Source: an uncultured Acidobacteriaceae bacterium (GTDB lineage Bacteria > Acidobacteriota > Terriglobia > Terriglobales > Acidobacteriaceae). From it: a DNA stretch of 64,000 nt. Under the pieces are notes generated by a model. The model saw only the letters and a program-made list of their open reading frames with translations, was not told the DNA's origin and searched no databases. Of the stretch, positions 45,101-54,688 are shown piece by piece (positions within the stretch are counted from its first letter, which is position 1; each line of letters begins with the position of its first letter). Both the position numbers and the translations under genes were made by a program. Where the stretch lies: positions 110,822-174,821 of the forward strand of contig CAVWUF010000002.1 of assembly GCA_963758135.1 (NCBI GenBank), in the 5' to 3' direction.

Positions 45101-48100
45101 AGCGGCTGGAAGCGGCGGCAGCTATCCGATCACTATTACGGCCCAGAACGGAAATACTCCTAACGCCACCCAGAGCTTTACATTAACCGTCAACCAAACG
45201 CCAGCCATCACCAGCGCCAGCACCACAAGCTTTGCCGCGGGAACAGCGGGCACCTTTACCGTAACCGCGACTGGCTATCCCGCGCCCACCTTCACCGAAA
45301 CCGGCACTCTGCCCAGCGGCGTTACGCTGACCAGCGGAGGGGTTCTGTCCGGCACCCCGGCGGCTGGAAGCGGCGGCAGCTATCCAGTCACCATCACCGC
45401 GCAGAACGGAAATGCTCCTAACGCAACACAGAGCTTTACATTAACCGTCAACCAAACGCCAGCCATCACCAGCGCCAGCACCACAAGCTTTGCCGCGGGA
45501 ACCGCGGGTACCTTCACCGTAACCGCGACTGGATACCCTGCCCCCACTTTCACCGAAACCGGCCCTCTGCCCAGCGGCGTTACGCTGACCAGTGCCGGAG
45601 TGCTGTCCGGCACCCCAGCGGCTGGAAGCGGCGGCAGCTATCCGATCACTATTACGGCCCAGAACGGAAATACTCCTAACGCAACACAGAGCTTCACGCT
45701 GACTGTGACTCAGCCTCCAGCCATTACCAGCGCCAGTAGCGCCGCCTTCGCTCTGGGAACTGCGGGGACCTTCACAGTTACCGCGACTGGATACCCCGCG
45801 CCCACCTTCACAGAAACCGGCACTCTGCCCAGTGGCGTTACGCTGACCACTGCCGGGGTCCTCTCCGGCACGCCAGCCGCAGGGTCGGCGGGCGCTTACC
45901 CGATCACCATCACCGCGCAGAACGGAAACACCCCTAACGCCACCCAGAGCTTTACATTAACCGTCAACCAAACGCCAGCCATCACCAGCGCCAGCACCAC
46001 AAGCTTTGCCGCGGGAACAGCGGGCACCTTCACCGTAACCGCGACTGGCTATCCTGCCCCCACCTTCACCGAAACCGGCACTCTGCCCAGCGGCGTTACG
46101 CTGACCACTGCCGGAGTCCTGTCCGGCACACCGGCGGCTGGAAGCGGCGGCAGCTATCCGATCACCATTACGGCGTCGAACGGAGTTAGCCCCAACGCTA
46201 CGCAGAGCTTCACCCTCACCGTCAGCCAAACGCCAGCCATCACCAGCGCCAGCACCACAAGCTTTGCCGCGGGAACCGCAGGCACCTTCACCGTGACCGC
46301 GACTGGATACCCCGCGCCCACCTTCACCGAAACCGGCCCTCTGCCCAGCGGCGTTACGCTGACCACTGCCGGAGTCCTCTCCGGCACGCCAGCCGCTGGA
46401 ACCGGCGGCAGCTATCCGATCACTATTACGGCCCAGAACGGAAATACTCCCAACGCAACACAGAGCTTTACATTAACCGTCAGCCAAACGCCAGCCATCA
46501 CCAGCGCCAGCACCACAAGCTTTGCCGCCGGAACCGCAGGCACCTTCACCGTAACCGCGACTGGCTATCCTGCCCCCACCTTCACCGAAACCGGCCCTCT
46601 GCCCAGCGGCGTTACGCTTACCACTGCCGGAGTCCTCTCCGGCACGCCAGCCGCGGGAAGCGGCGGCAGCTATCCGATCACCATTACGGCGTCGAACGGA
46701 AATACTCCTAACGCCACCCAGAGCTTCACGCTGACTGTGACTCAGCCTCCAGCCATTACCAGCGCCAGTAGCGCCGCTTTCGCTCTGGGAACTGCGGGCA
46801 CCTTCACAGTTACGGCGACTGGATACCCCGCGCCCACCTTCACCGAAACCGGCACTCTGCCCAGCGGCGTTACACTGACCACGGCCGGAGTCCTCTCCGG
46901 CACGCCAGCCGCGGGGTCGGGCGGTACGTACCCCATCACTATCACAGCGCAGAATGGCTCTAGTCCCAACGCCACACAGTCCTTCACACTAACTATCGGC
47001 TCGCCGACGCCGATCGTTCCCTACATCCAGGATGTGCAAGCCAACAGCGGAGCCTGGCAAGGAGTATCGAATCTCTCCGTGACCTACGGCGACACGGTGA
47101 ACATCGGTCCGCAGCCGGCGAGCGGCGGTTCCTGGAGCTGGACCGGTCCCAATGGCTTCACAGCTACTTCGCGGGAAATTGACCACATTGCGCTGCCGTC
47201 GGCCACCAATGTCTACACCGCCACTTACACCAATTCCATCGGTCTTACGAGCACACAGGTTTTCACCATCACGATCAGCCCCACGCCGATCGTTCCCTAT
47301 GTCCAGGATCTCCAGCAGAACGGTGGAGCGTTCCAGCAAGTCTCCACCCTCGCCGCGAATTATGGCGACACGGTGAACATCGGCCCGCAGCCGGCGAGCG
47401 GCGGTTCCTGGAGCTGGACCGGCCCCAATGGCTTCACAGCCAGCACGCGCGCCATCTCCGGCATTGCCCTGCCTTCGCCCTCCAATGTTTACACCGCAAC
47501 CTACACCAACCCCGCCGGAGCGACCAGCACCCAGGCCTTTACCATCACCGTCAACCCCACCCCGATTGTTCCCTACATCGAGGTGAACGGAGGAGCCTGG
47601 CAGAGCGTTGCCAGTGTCACGGTCAATGCAGGCAGCACGGTCAACCTCGGCCCGGCGCAACAGAACGGCGGTTCCTGGAGCTGGACCGGTCCTAACGGCT
47701 TTACTTCCACCTCGCGGGAGCTCGACGCCATTGCCCTGCCTGCGGCCACCAATGTCTACACCGCCACTTACACCAATCCCGCCGGAGCGACCAGCACCCA
47801 GACGTTTACCATTTCCTTCGCATCGACACCTATCGTTCCTTATATCCAGGATCTCCAGCAGAACGGCGGAGCGTTCCAGCAAGTCTCCACCCTCGCGGCG
47901 AATTATGGCGACACCGTGAACATCGGCCCGCAGCCGGCGAGCGGCGGTTCCTGGAGCTGGACCGGTCCCAATGGCTTCACAGCCAGCACGCGCGCCATCT
48001 CCGGCATTGCCCTGCCTTCGCCCTCCAATGTCTACACCGCCACTTACACCAACCCGCAGGGAGCCACGAGCACGCAGGCCTTTACCATCACCGTCAACCC

Positions 48101-50006
48101 CACCCCGATCGTTCCCTACATCGAGGTGAACGGAGGAGCCTGGCAGAGCGTTGCCAGCGTCACGGTCAATGCAGGCAGCACGGTCAACCTCGGCCCGGCG
48201 CAACAGAACGGCGGTTCCTGGAGCTGGACCGGTCCTAACGGCTTTACTTCCACCTCGCGGGAGCTCGACGCCATTGCCCTGCCTGCGGCCACCAATGTCT
48301 ACACCGCCACTTACACCAATCCCGCCGGAGCGACCAGCACCCAGACGTTTACCATTTCCTTTGCATCGACACCCATCGTTCCTTATATCCAGGATCTCCA
48401 GCAGAACGGCGGAGCCTACCAGCAAGCCGCCAGCCTCACGGCGAATTATGGCGACACGGTGAACATCGGTCCGCAGCCGTCGAGCGGCGGTTCCTGGAGC
48501 TGGACCGGTCCCAATGGCTTCACTTCCACCTCGCGGGAGCTCGACGCCATTGCCCTGCCTTTGCCCTCCAATGTCTACACCGCCACTTACACCAACCCGC
48601 AGGGAGCCACGAGCACACAGGCCTTTACCATCACGATCAGCCCCACGCCCATCGTTCCCTATATCCAGGATCTCCAGCAGAACGGCGGAGCGTTCCAGCA
48701 AGTCTCCACCCTCGCGGCGAATTATGGCGACACGGTGAACATCGGCCCGCAGCCGGCGAGCGGCGGTTCCTGGAGCTGGACCGGCCCCAATGGCTTCACA
48801 GCCAGCACGCGCGCCATCTCCGGCATTGCCCTGCCTTCGCCCTCCAATGTCTACACCGCAACCTACACCAACCCCGCCGGAGCGACCAGCACCCAGGCCT
48901 TTACCATCACCGTCAACCCCACCCCGATCGTTCCCTACATCGAGGTGAACGGAGGAGCCTGGCAGAGCGTTGCCAGTGTCACGGTCAATGCAGGCAGCAC
49001 GGTCAACCTCGGCCCGGCGCAACAGAACGGCGGTTCCTGGAGCTGGACCGGTCCTAACGGCTTTACTTCCACCTCGCGGGAGCTCGACGCCATTGCCCTG
49101 CCTGCGGCCACCAATGTCTACACCGCCACTTACACCAATCCCGCCGGAGCGACCAGCACCCAGACGTTTACCATTTCCTTCGCATCGACACCCATCGTTC
49201 CTTATATCCAGGATCTCCAGCAGAACGGCGGAGCCTACCAGCAAGCCGCCAGCCTCACGGCGAATTATGGCGACACGGTGAACATCGGTCCGCAGCCGTC
49301 GAGCGGCGGTTCCTGGAGCTGGACCGGTCCCAATGGCTTCACTTCCACCTCGCGGGAGCTCGACGCCATTGCCCTGCCTTTGCCCTCCAATGTCTACACC
49401 GCTACTTACACCAACCCGCAGGGAGCCACGAGCACACAGGCCTTTACCATCACGATCAGCCCCACGCCCATCGTTCCCTATATCGACGATCTCCAGCAGA
49501 ACGGCGGAGCCTACCAGCAAGTCTCCACCCTCGCGGTGAACTACGGCGACACCGTCGACATTGCCCCGTGGCCGCAGACCGGTGGTTCCTGGAGTTGGAT
49601 TGGCCCCAATGGGTTTACTTCCAATGTGCGGGAAATCGACAGCATCCCCCTGGCGTCGGCGTCCAATGTCTTCACGGCGACTTACACCAACCCCGCCGGA
49701 GTGACCAGCACGCAGGCCTTTACCATTACCGTTAACCCCACCACCATCGCTCCCTACCTTGAGGTGGACGGAGGAGCCTGGCAAAATGCTGCCAGCGTCA
49801 CTGTCAACCCGGGCGACATAGTGAACCTCGGTCCGCAGCCGCAGAACGGCGGTTCCTGGAGCTGGAGCGGTCCAAACGGCTTCTCCTCCAATGCGCGGGA
49901 AATTGACAACATTCCACTGGCCGTGGGTACTAATACCTATGTGGCTACTTACACCAATCAGGCTGGGGTCACGAGTTCGCAGATTTATGTCATCACCCTC
50001 AACTAA
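42162..50006 (+). CDS. giant secreted beta-helix protein A, main part (homology in this frame already starts at ~41994)
   Basis: Continues the gene B-like sequence (LPLGNYGGPTQT ...). Contains a second CELRDAV + GGAIYN beta-helix module, then 13 He_PIG-like repeats and 11 GGSWSWTGPNGF repeats. Together with 41152..42036 it gives about 2950 aa. Confidence 0.85.
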   Translation: MLPLGNYGGPTQTMLPMPGSSAICAGIYSDVPGGVTTDQRTFPIKSSCVDAGAVQSNYIAVTSGADDATGVPANCPGSGCELRDAVSSANAAGDADIDFSTGVSTVTLTSAGPATTGNVNVVGPGANSLTITGQNEYALLSTSGGSAFLYGMTFANGSASTGGAIYNQDALTLSGMSFTGNTATTAGGAIYNQSGTVTVLNSSFTNNTAPNGSALYNHSTSGAVTAEYSTFANNTAATAAAVYTVGGAPLSLYNTTLSGNTGGGIDFAGSSALVVENSILGESTECTVSGGAACPTTGTLGNVVTPTNSNTGMAALSAPGSYSGTNTLYSTQSVLPEPGSSAICAGSATLIPSGISTDQRGFSNENLTYTGYSSGHPCVDAGAVQTNYTSAQFVGTPPYAGTANTPGTTPPVIVSVTENSQNVGGVQVPLTFSGTGTATGLTATTVEGTGATFSSINVPQPSGGSPDTLSTSMTVVGTDTLTAGPVNLTMAAGTPTPPTITSANSATFTTGASGTFTVTASGYPASTFSGSGTLPSGVSLTTAGVLSGTPAAGTGGSYPITITASNGNTPNATQSFTLTVNQTPAITSANTTSFAAGTAGTFTVTATGYPAPTFTETGTLPSGVTLTTAGVLSGTPAAGSGGSYPITITASNGVSPNATQSFTLTVSQTPAITSASTTSFAAGTAGTFTVTATGYPAPTFTETGTLPSGVTLTAAGVLSGTPAAGSGGSYPITITAQNGNTPNATQSFTLTVTQPPAFTSASTTSFAAGTAGTFTVTATGYPAPTFTETGTLPSGVTLTTAGVLSGTPAAGSGGSYPITITASNGVSPNATQSFTLAVSQTPAITSASTTSFAAGTAGTFTVTATGYPAPTFTETGTLPSGVTLTTAGVLSGTPAAGSGGSYPITITASNGNAPNATQSFTLTVNQTPVITSASTTSFAAGTAGTFTVTATGYPAPTFTETGPLPSGVTLTTAGVLSGTPAAGSGGSYPITITAQNGNTPNATQSFTLTVNQTPAITSASTTSFAAGTAGTFTVTATGYPAPTFTETGTLPSGVTLTSGGVLSGTPAAGSGGSYPVTITAQNGNAPNATQSFTLTVNQTPAITSASTTSFAAGTAGTFTVTATGYPAPTFTETGPLPSGVTLTSAGVLSGTPAAGSGGSYPITITAQNGNTPNATQSFTLTVTQPPAITSASSAAFALGTAGTFTVTATGYPAPTFTETGTLPSGVTLTTAGVLSGTPAAGSAGAYPITITAQNGNTPNATQSFTLTVNQTPAITSASTTSFAAGTAGTFTVTATGYPAPTFTETGTLPSGVTLTTAGVLSGTPAAGSGGSYPITITASNGVSPNATQSFTLTVSQTPAITSASTTSFAAGTAGTFTVTATGYPAPTFTETGPLPSGVTLTTAGVLSGTPAAGTGGSYPITITAQNGNTPNATQSFTLTVSQTPAITSASTTSFAAGTAGTFTVTATGYPAPTFTETGPLPSGVTLTTAGVLSGTPAAGSGGSYPITITASNGNTPNATQSFTLTVTQPPAITSASSAAFALGTAGTFTVTATGYPAPTFTETGTLPSGVTLTTAGVLSGTPAAGSGGTYPITITAQNGSSPNATQSFTLTIGSPTPIVPYIQDVQANSGAWQGVSNLSVTYGDTVNIGPQPASGGSWSWTGPNGFTATSREIDHIALPSATNVYTATYTNSIGLTSTQVFTITISPTPIVPYVQDLQQNGGAFQQVSTLAANYGDTVNIGPQPASGGSWSWTGPNGFTASTRAISGIALPSPSNVYTATYTNPAGATSTQAFTITVNPTPIVPYIEVNGGAWQSVASVTVNAGSTVNLGPAQQNGGSWSWTGPNGFTSTSRELDAIALPAATNVYTATYTNPAGATSTQTFTISFASTPIVPYIQDLQQNGGAFQQVSTLAANYGDTVNIGPQPASGGSWSWTGPNGFTASTRAISGIALPSPSNVYTATYTNPQGATSTQAFTITVNPTPIVPYIEVNGGAWQSVASVTVNAGSTVNLGPAQQNGGSWSWTGPNGFTSTSRELDAIALPAATNVYTATYTNPAGATSTQTFTISFASTPIVPYIQDLQQNGGAYQQAASLTANYGDTVNIGPQPSSGGSWSWTGPNGFTSTSRELDAIALPLPSNVYTATYTNPQGATSTQAFTITISPTPIVPYIQDLQQNGGAFQQVSTLAANYGDTVNIGPQPASGGSWSWTGPNGFTASTRAISGIALPSPSNVYTATYTNPAGATSTQAFTITVNPTPIVPYIEVNGGAWQSVASVTVNAGSTVNLGPAQQNGGSWSWTGPNGFTSTSRELDAIALPAATNVYTATYTNPAGATSTQTFTISFASTPIVPYIQDLQQNGGAYQQAASLTANYGDTVNIGPQPSSGGSWSWTGPNGFTSTSRELDAIALPLPSNVYTATYTNPQGATSTQAFTITISPTPIVPYIDDLQQNGGAYQQVSTLAVNYGDTVDIAPWPQTGGSWSWIGPNGFTSNVREIDSIPLASASNVFTATYTNPAGVTSTQAFTITVNPTTIAPYLEVDGGAWQNAASVTVNPGDIVNLGPQPQNGGSWSWSGPNGFSSNAREIDNIPLAVGTNTYVATYTNQAGVTSSQIYVITLN
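43650..47003 (+). repeat. 13 in-frame tandem repeats of 258 bp (86 aa), He_PIG-like putative Ig domain
   Basis: Exact 258-nt periodicity (43650, 43908, 44166 ... 46746). Unit consensus: TPAITSASTTSFAAGTAGTFTVTATGYPAPTFTETGTLPSGVTLTTAGVLSGTPAAGSGGSYPITITASNGNTPNATQSFTLTVNQ. Confidence 0.9.
47004..50003 (+). repeat. 11 in-frame tandem repeats of 261-276 bp (87-92 aa) carrying the GGSWSWTGPNGF motif, with an 819-bp higher-order repeat
   Basis: Unit starts (the P of PIVPY): 47010, 47286, 47562, 47829, 48105, 48372, 48648, 48924, 49191, 49467, 49743. Units 4-5-6 (47829..48647) are repeated as units 7-8-9 (48648..49466). Confidence 0.9.
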
Positions 50007-50032
50007 ACGGCCACGTCACCGAAAGATTTGTT

Positions 50033-50063
50033 ACCTTTTGCACGCCGCGGGCTTGCAAAAGGT
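50033..50063 (+). terminator. hairpin after gene A (no U-tract)
   Basis: Perfect 10-bp stem accttttgca (50033-50042) / tgcaaaaggt (50054-50063), starting 27 nt after the stop codon. No T-run follows. Confidence 0.3.
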
Positions 50064-50137
50064 GACGCGGCGGAGCTTAACATTCGCAACTACAACCAAA
50101 GTGCGCTGCGGATGTCTCTACAGTCTTCTGACGGATG

Positions 50138-50179
50138 CACCAAAGATTCGTTGACTTCGCCCCGCTTGACCATCAGTAT
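50138..50179 (+). promoter_or_regulatory. candidate promoter of giant gene B: CACCAAAGA-N4-TTGACT-17-CAGTAT
   Basis: -35 at 50151-50156, -10 at 50174-50179, about 141 nt upstream of ATG 50320. The block gaccatcagtattca is identical to the one upstream of gene A. Confidence 0.4.
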
Positions 50180-50319
50180 TCAACCAGCGGTTCCTGTGAT
50201 CGAAGTGTAGTCAGCGGCTGGTTTCTCTTTGCCAGCGCACAGTGACAATCTGGGAAACGGTCGCCCGGCAAGAACCAAGGGCGGAAACGTTTCGATAATC
50301 CCCTGAGGAGTCTCTCTTT

Positions 50320-53300
50320 ATGTCTGCTGAACTATCCCTGGGTTCTTCTCGCAACTCCCGCTTTGTTTCCCGGCTCATCGGGAATGGCCGTTGGCTCGCT
50401 GCCCTGCTGCTGCTCGCGGTGGCAGGGGCTGCGCACGCTGCGGACACCTTCACGGTGAACTCCCTCAATGACGATGCGAGTGGCGTCGCGGCGAACTGCC
50501 CGGCTAACGCCGTCCCCACAGGGACATGCACCCTGCGCGATGCCATCGCTGCGGCGAACGCCGATGCGAATGCGAGCACGATCCAGTTCTCCGTGTCAGG
50601 GACCATCGTGGTGTCTTCGACTCTCACGGTCAATAACTCCAAAGTAGCCGTGACCATCAGCAATCAGTCAGGCTCGGGGGCCATTGCGATTTCAGGCAAT
50701 AACGCTCAGCAGGTCCTCGGTGTGCTTCCCGGCACAGCGACGTTTTCCTACATCACGATCGAAAACGGGAATGGAGGCTCGACGACTGCCGGCGGTATCT
50801 ACAACGAAGGCAATCTAACCCTCAGCAACGTCGTTCTCCAAAACAACACCACCACAGCCGGGATCGGAGGCGGGGGTGTCTATAACAAAAGCGGCGCGAC
50901 GCTCACCGTGGCATACAGCTCGTTTTACGGCAATTCCGACACAAAAACCGGCACAACGGGCGGCGCGATCGAAAATGCCAGCGGCGCTACGCTCAGCGTG
51001 AGCGGGAGCACGTTTTACGGCAACTCCTCTTATCAGGGCGGCGCCATTGAAAACGACAGCGCTAATGCGCTCACCATTACCAACAGCACCTTCGACGGCA
51101 ATACTGCATCGTACCAGGCCAGTGCAATTTACAGCGGCAACGGCGCAGCTCTCAACATCTACGACAGCACGTTCTATGGAAACAACAAAACCGGGATCGC
51201 CTACGGCGGTTCCAGCCAGCTGAATGTTTACAACAGCCTTTTTGACGCAAGCGGGGAGTGCGGCACTGCCGCCCCGGCGGCTTGCCCCACCAATGGCACC
51301 AAGGGCAACATCGTGGCGCCCACCAATTCGGTTTCCGGCAGGCCGGCCGTGTTACCGCTCGGCAATTACGGCGGCCCAACTCAGACCCTGATGCCGATGC
51401 CGGGGAGCTCCGCCATCTGCGCGGGGCTGTCAGCCGATGTTCCGAACGGCGTAACCATTGACCAGCGCACCTTCCCGTTCAATAGCGCCTGTGTGGATGC
51501 CGGTGCGGTTCAAACCAATTACATCACCGTCACCACGGGCAGCGATCATACCGCTAGCGCGGCTAACTGCCCCGGTTCCAACTGTGCATTTCGCGATGCG
51601 GTCGCGGCAGCCAACGCCGCGTTCAACGGCGACATCGCCTTCGCGAACACAGTATCGACTGTCACCCTTACGGCGGAAGGTCCCACCAACCTTTACAACA
51701 CCAATATCATCGGACCTGGGGCCAGTTCTCTCGCCGTCAACGGACAGGGCACCAATGTGCTCTATGGCTCATTCGGCGGAAACGTCTTCATGTACGGAAT
51801 GACCTTTGAGAACGGCTATAACAGCAGCGACCAAACCGGTGGCGCCATTTATAACCAGACGAACCTCACCGTGAGCAATATGGTTTTCACGGGCAACGTT
51901 GCGTTAGCCGCCGGCGGAGCGATCTATACCAAGCAGGGCAGTCTCACGGTTCTCAACAGCAGCTTTATAAACAATACGGCCCCCCAGGGAAGCGCTCTTT
52001 ACAACAACACCACGAACGGCCCGCTCGTCGCTGAATACAGCACCTTTGCCAACAACGACGCTACCACCAACGAAGGCGGCGCCATCTTCTCCGCCTACGG
52101 CGCCCCGATGAGCCTCTACAACACGACGCTCTCCGGCAATATCAACACCGGCATTATCTTCGCCGGCAGCGGTGCCCTGGTGGTGGAGAACAGCGTCCTG
52201 GACAGCAGCGCTGAGTGCATCGCCGACAGCCCCGCCGCTTGCCCGACCACGGGTACCCTCGGCAACGTCGTGGGCCCCACCAACTCTAACGCCGGAGTGG
52301 CGCCCCTCTCCGCGCCCGGCAATTACAGCGGGACCAATTCACAGTACTCTACTCAATCCGTCCTGCCCGAGCCCGGAAGCTCCGCAATCTGCGCCGGTTC
52401 CTCGACTTTGATTCCAGCCGGGGTCACAACCGATCAGCGCGGCTTTTCGAACGAGAACATCACCTACACAGGCTATTCGGCCAGTAAGATTTGCGTCGAC
52501 GCCGGCGCCGTCCAGACCAACTACACCTCTGCCCAGTTTGTCGGGGCCCCTTATACCGGCACTTCAAATACACCAGGGGCAACACCGGCCGTGATCGCAT
52601 CGGTTACTGAGAACGGTCAGAATGTCGGCGGAGTCCAGATACCTCTTACCTTCAGCGGAGCCGGAACAGCATCGGGAACAACGGCGACCACGGTCGAAGG
52701 CACCGGCGCAACCTTCTCCAGCATCGAGGTGAATCAACCCAGCGGCTCTTCGCCTGACACCCTCTCGATCAGTCTTCCTGTCGTCGGAACCGACAAGCTC
52801 GCCGCCGGACCGGTCAACTGGACAGTGTCCTCGCAAATTGTTCCCTATATCCGGGATCTCCAGGCGAACGGGGGAGCGTGGGAGAATGCCTCCACTCTCA
52901 CGGTGAACTATGGTGACACCGTTGACATCGGCCCGCAACCGGCAACTGGCGGTTCGTGGAGCTGGACCGGTCCCAATGGGTTTACCTCCACTTCGCGGGA
53001 AATCGACGGCATTTCGGTGGCTTCGGCCTCGAACGTTTACACGGCAACTTACACCGATCCGGGTGGCGTCAAGAGCACGCTCGCATTCACAATCACGGTC
53101 GGCCCCACCACCATCGTTCCTTATATCCAGGATGTCCAGGAGGACGGAGGGGCCTATCAGCAGGTCGCCGGCATCACAGCGGCTTACACCGACACGGTAA
53201 ACCTTGGACCCCAACCCCAGACTGGCGGCTCCTGGAGCTGGACCGGTCCCAATGGGTTCACCTCCACTTCCCGGCAGCTCAACGCCGTTGGGTTGCCTTC

Positions 53301-54201
53301 ACCCACAAATACCTACACCGCCACCTACACCAATCCGGCCGGCGTCAAGAGCTCGATGGCACTGACGATTACCGTCAGCCCCACAGCCATCGTTCCCTAT
53401 ATCCAGGATCTGCAGCTGAACGGGGGGGCCTATCAGCAGGTTTCCACCCTCTCGGTCAATTACGGCGACACCGTGAATCTTGGCCCGCAACCCGAGAGCG
53501 GCGGTTCGTGGAGCTGGACTGGTCCTAATAACTTCACCGCCAACACGCGGCAAATCAGCAATATCCCCCTCACTTCGGCCTCGAATGTCTACACCGCAAC
53601 TTACACCAATCCGGCTGGAGTTACGAGCACTCAGCAATTCACCATCACCATAAACCCCACCACGATCGTTCCCTACATCCAGGATGTGCAGGCCAACAGC
53701 GGAGCCTGGCAGAATGTCGCCACTCTTACGGTGAACTATGGCGACACGGTGAACATCGGCCCCCAACCCGTCAACGGTGGTTCGTGGAGCTGGACTGGCC
53801 CCAATAACTTCACCGCCAACACACGGCAAATCAGCAGTGTCCCGCTCAATTCAACCTCAAATGTCTTCACGGCGACTTACACTAATCCAGCGGGAGTCAC
53901 GAGCACACAGCAATTTACCATCACCGTCGGTCCAACCCCGATTGTTCCCTATATCGAGGTGAACGGCGGAGCCTGGCAGAATGTCGCCACCGTAACCGTC
54001 GCCTCCGGCAGCACGGTGAACATCGGTCCCCAACCCCTGAACGGTGGCACCTGGAGCTGGACCGGTCCCAATAACTTCTCGGCCCATACCCGCGAAATCG
54101 ACAGCATCCCGCTCAGCGGAGGCTCCAATGTCTTCACTGCAACTTATACCAATCCGGCCGGGACCGCGAGTACCCAGCAATTCACCATCACGGTTCAGTA
54201 A
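50320..54201 (+). CDS. giant secreted beta-helix protein B (1293 aa)
   Basis: Same leader and two CxLRDA + GGAI/FxxN beta-helix modules as A, then 5 GGSWSWTGPNGF/GPNNF repeats. No He_PIG-like repeats. Confidence 0.85.
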   Translation: MSAELSLGSSRNSRFVSRLIGNGRWLAALLLLAVAGAAHAADTFTVNSLNDDASGVAANCPANAVPTGTCTLRDAIAAANADANASTIQFSVSGTIVVSSTLTVNNSKVAVTISNQSGSGAIAISGNNAQQVLGVLPGTATFSYITIENGNGGSTTAGGIYNEGNLTLSNVVLQNNTTTAGIGGGGVYNKSGATLTVAYSSFYGNSDTKTGTTGGAIENASGATLSVSGSTFYGNSSYQGGAIENDSANALTITNSTFDGNTASYQASAIYSGNGAALNIYDSTFYGNNKTGIAYGGSSQLNVYNSLFDASGECGTAAPAACPTNGTKGNIVAPTNSVSGRPAVLPLGNYGGPTQTLMPMPGSSAICAGLSADVPNGVTIDQRTFPFNSACVDAGAVQTNYITVTTGSDHTASAANCPGSNCAFRDAVAAANAAFNGDIAFANTVSTVTLTAEGPTNLYNTNIIGPGASSLAVNGQGTNVLYGSFGGNVFMYGMTFENGYNSSDQTGGAIYNQTNLTVSNMVFTGNVALAAGGAIYTKQGSLTVLNSSFINNTAPQGSALYNNTTNGPLVAEYSTFANNDATTNEGGAIFSAYGAPMSLYNTTLSGNINTGIIFAGSGALVVENSVLDSSAECIADSPAACPTTGTLGNVVGPTNSNAGVAPLSAPGNYSGTNSQYSTQSVLPEPGSSAICAGSSTLIPAGVTTDQRGFSNENITYTGYSASKICVDAGAVQTNYTSAQFVGAPYTGTSNTPGATPAVIASVTENGQNVGGVQIPLTFSGAGTASGTTATTVEGTGATFSSIEVNQPSGSSPDTLSISLPVVGTDKLAAGPVNWTVSSQIVPYIRDLQANGGAWENASTLTVNYGDTVDIGPQPATGGSWSWTGPNGFTSTSREIDGISVASASNVYTATYTDPGGVKSTLAFTITVGPTTIVPYIQDVQEDGGAYQQVAGITAAYTDTVNLGPQPQTGGSWSWTGPNGFTSTSRQLNAVGLPSPTNTYTATYTNPAGVKSSMALTITVSPTAIVPYIQDLQLNGGAYQQVSTLSVNYGDTVNLGPQPESGGSWSWTGPNNFTANTRQISNIPLTSASNVYTATYTNPAGVTSTQQFTITINPTTIVPYIQDVQANSGAWQNVATLTVNYGDTVNIGPQPVNGGSWSWTGPNNFTANTRQISSVPLNSTSNVFTATYTNPAGVTSTQQFTITVGPTPIVPYIEVNGGAWQNVATVTVASGSTVNIGPQPLNGGTWSWTGPNNFSAHTREIDSIPLSGGSNVFTATYTNPAGTASTQQFTITVQ
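52831..54198 (+). repeat. 5 in-frame tandem ~91-aa GGSWSWTGPN(G/N)F repeats in gene B
   Basis: Units begin QIVPYIRDLQ, TIVPYIQDVQ, AIVPYIQDLQ, TIVPYIQDVQ, PIVPYIEVNGG. They are more diverged from each other than those in gene A. Confidence 0.85.
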
Positions 54202-54232
54202 CCCCTTTTCTTTCTCCTGAGAGTATGCCCCC

Positions 54233-54266
54233 GGCGGCTATTGCGGCTTAAGCTGCGATAGCCGCC
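54233..54266 (+). terminator. imperfect 17-bp palindrome/hairpin after gene B (no U-tract)
   Basis: ggcggctattgcggctt / aagctgcgatagccgcc with 2 mismatches, starting 32 nt after the stop codon. Confidence 0.3.
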
Positions 54267-54688
54267 AGTGCACTCTACAAAACCACTTCCATCCAAACGA
54301 ACTTGGCGAGCCGCTCCCATGCCGCGCCTCTTTAGCGCCCACGCCAGCGCCAATGAAACACGGTTCCGCCATGCTTCCATCCTTGGTACCACCAGGAATG
54401 CCTTACATCGACCTCAATCGAGTGTCGTCCTGCACACCTGCACATTCCCATCCAAGCTGACCTTCTGTCGAACTGGCGCATATCGGACCTGTCCGCGTGA
54501 CTCCGAAGGTAATCCAGCGTCGGAAACATCCCTCCCTTCTGCAGCCGAAGGTTTTCTTCACGAGTTGATGCAAACTGAATTCTCCCTCTACGCGAAGCAA
54601 GCAAAAGACTTCGACAGTTCTTATTCCCACTCTGCGGTAACTCCCACCAAAGTGCTTACCGGGCGAGTCCGCAGTCCCCTTCCCGCGC

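Noticed and set aside
43650-50003. Highly regular tandem repeats, considered as a possible CRISPR array or satellite.
   Set aside because: The units are 258-276 bp, contiguous without unique spacers, and maintain one long open reading frame with domain-like consensus. They are coding repeats.
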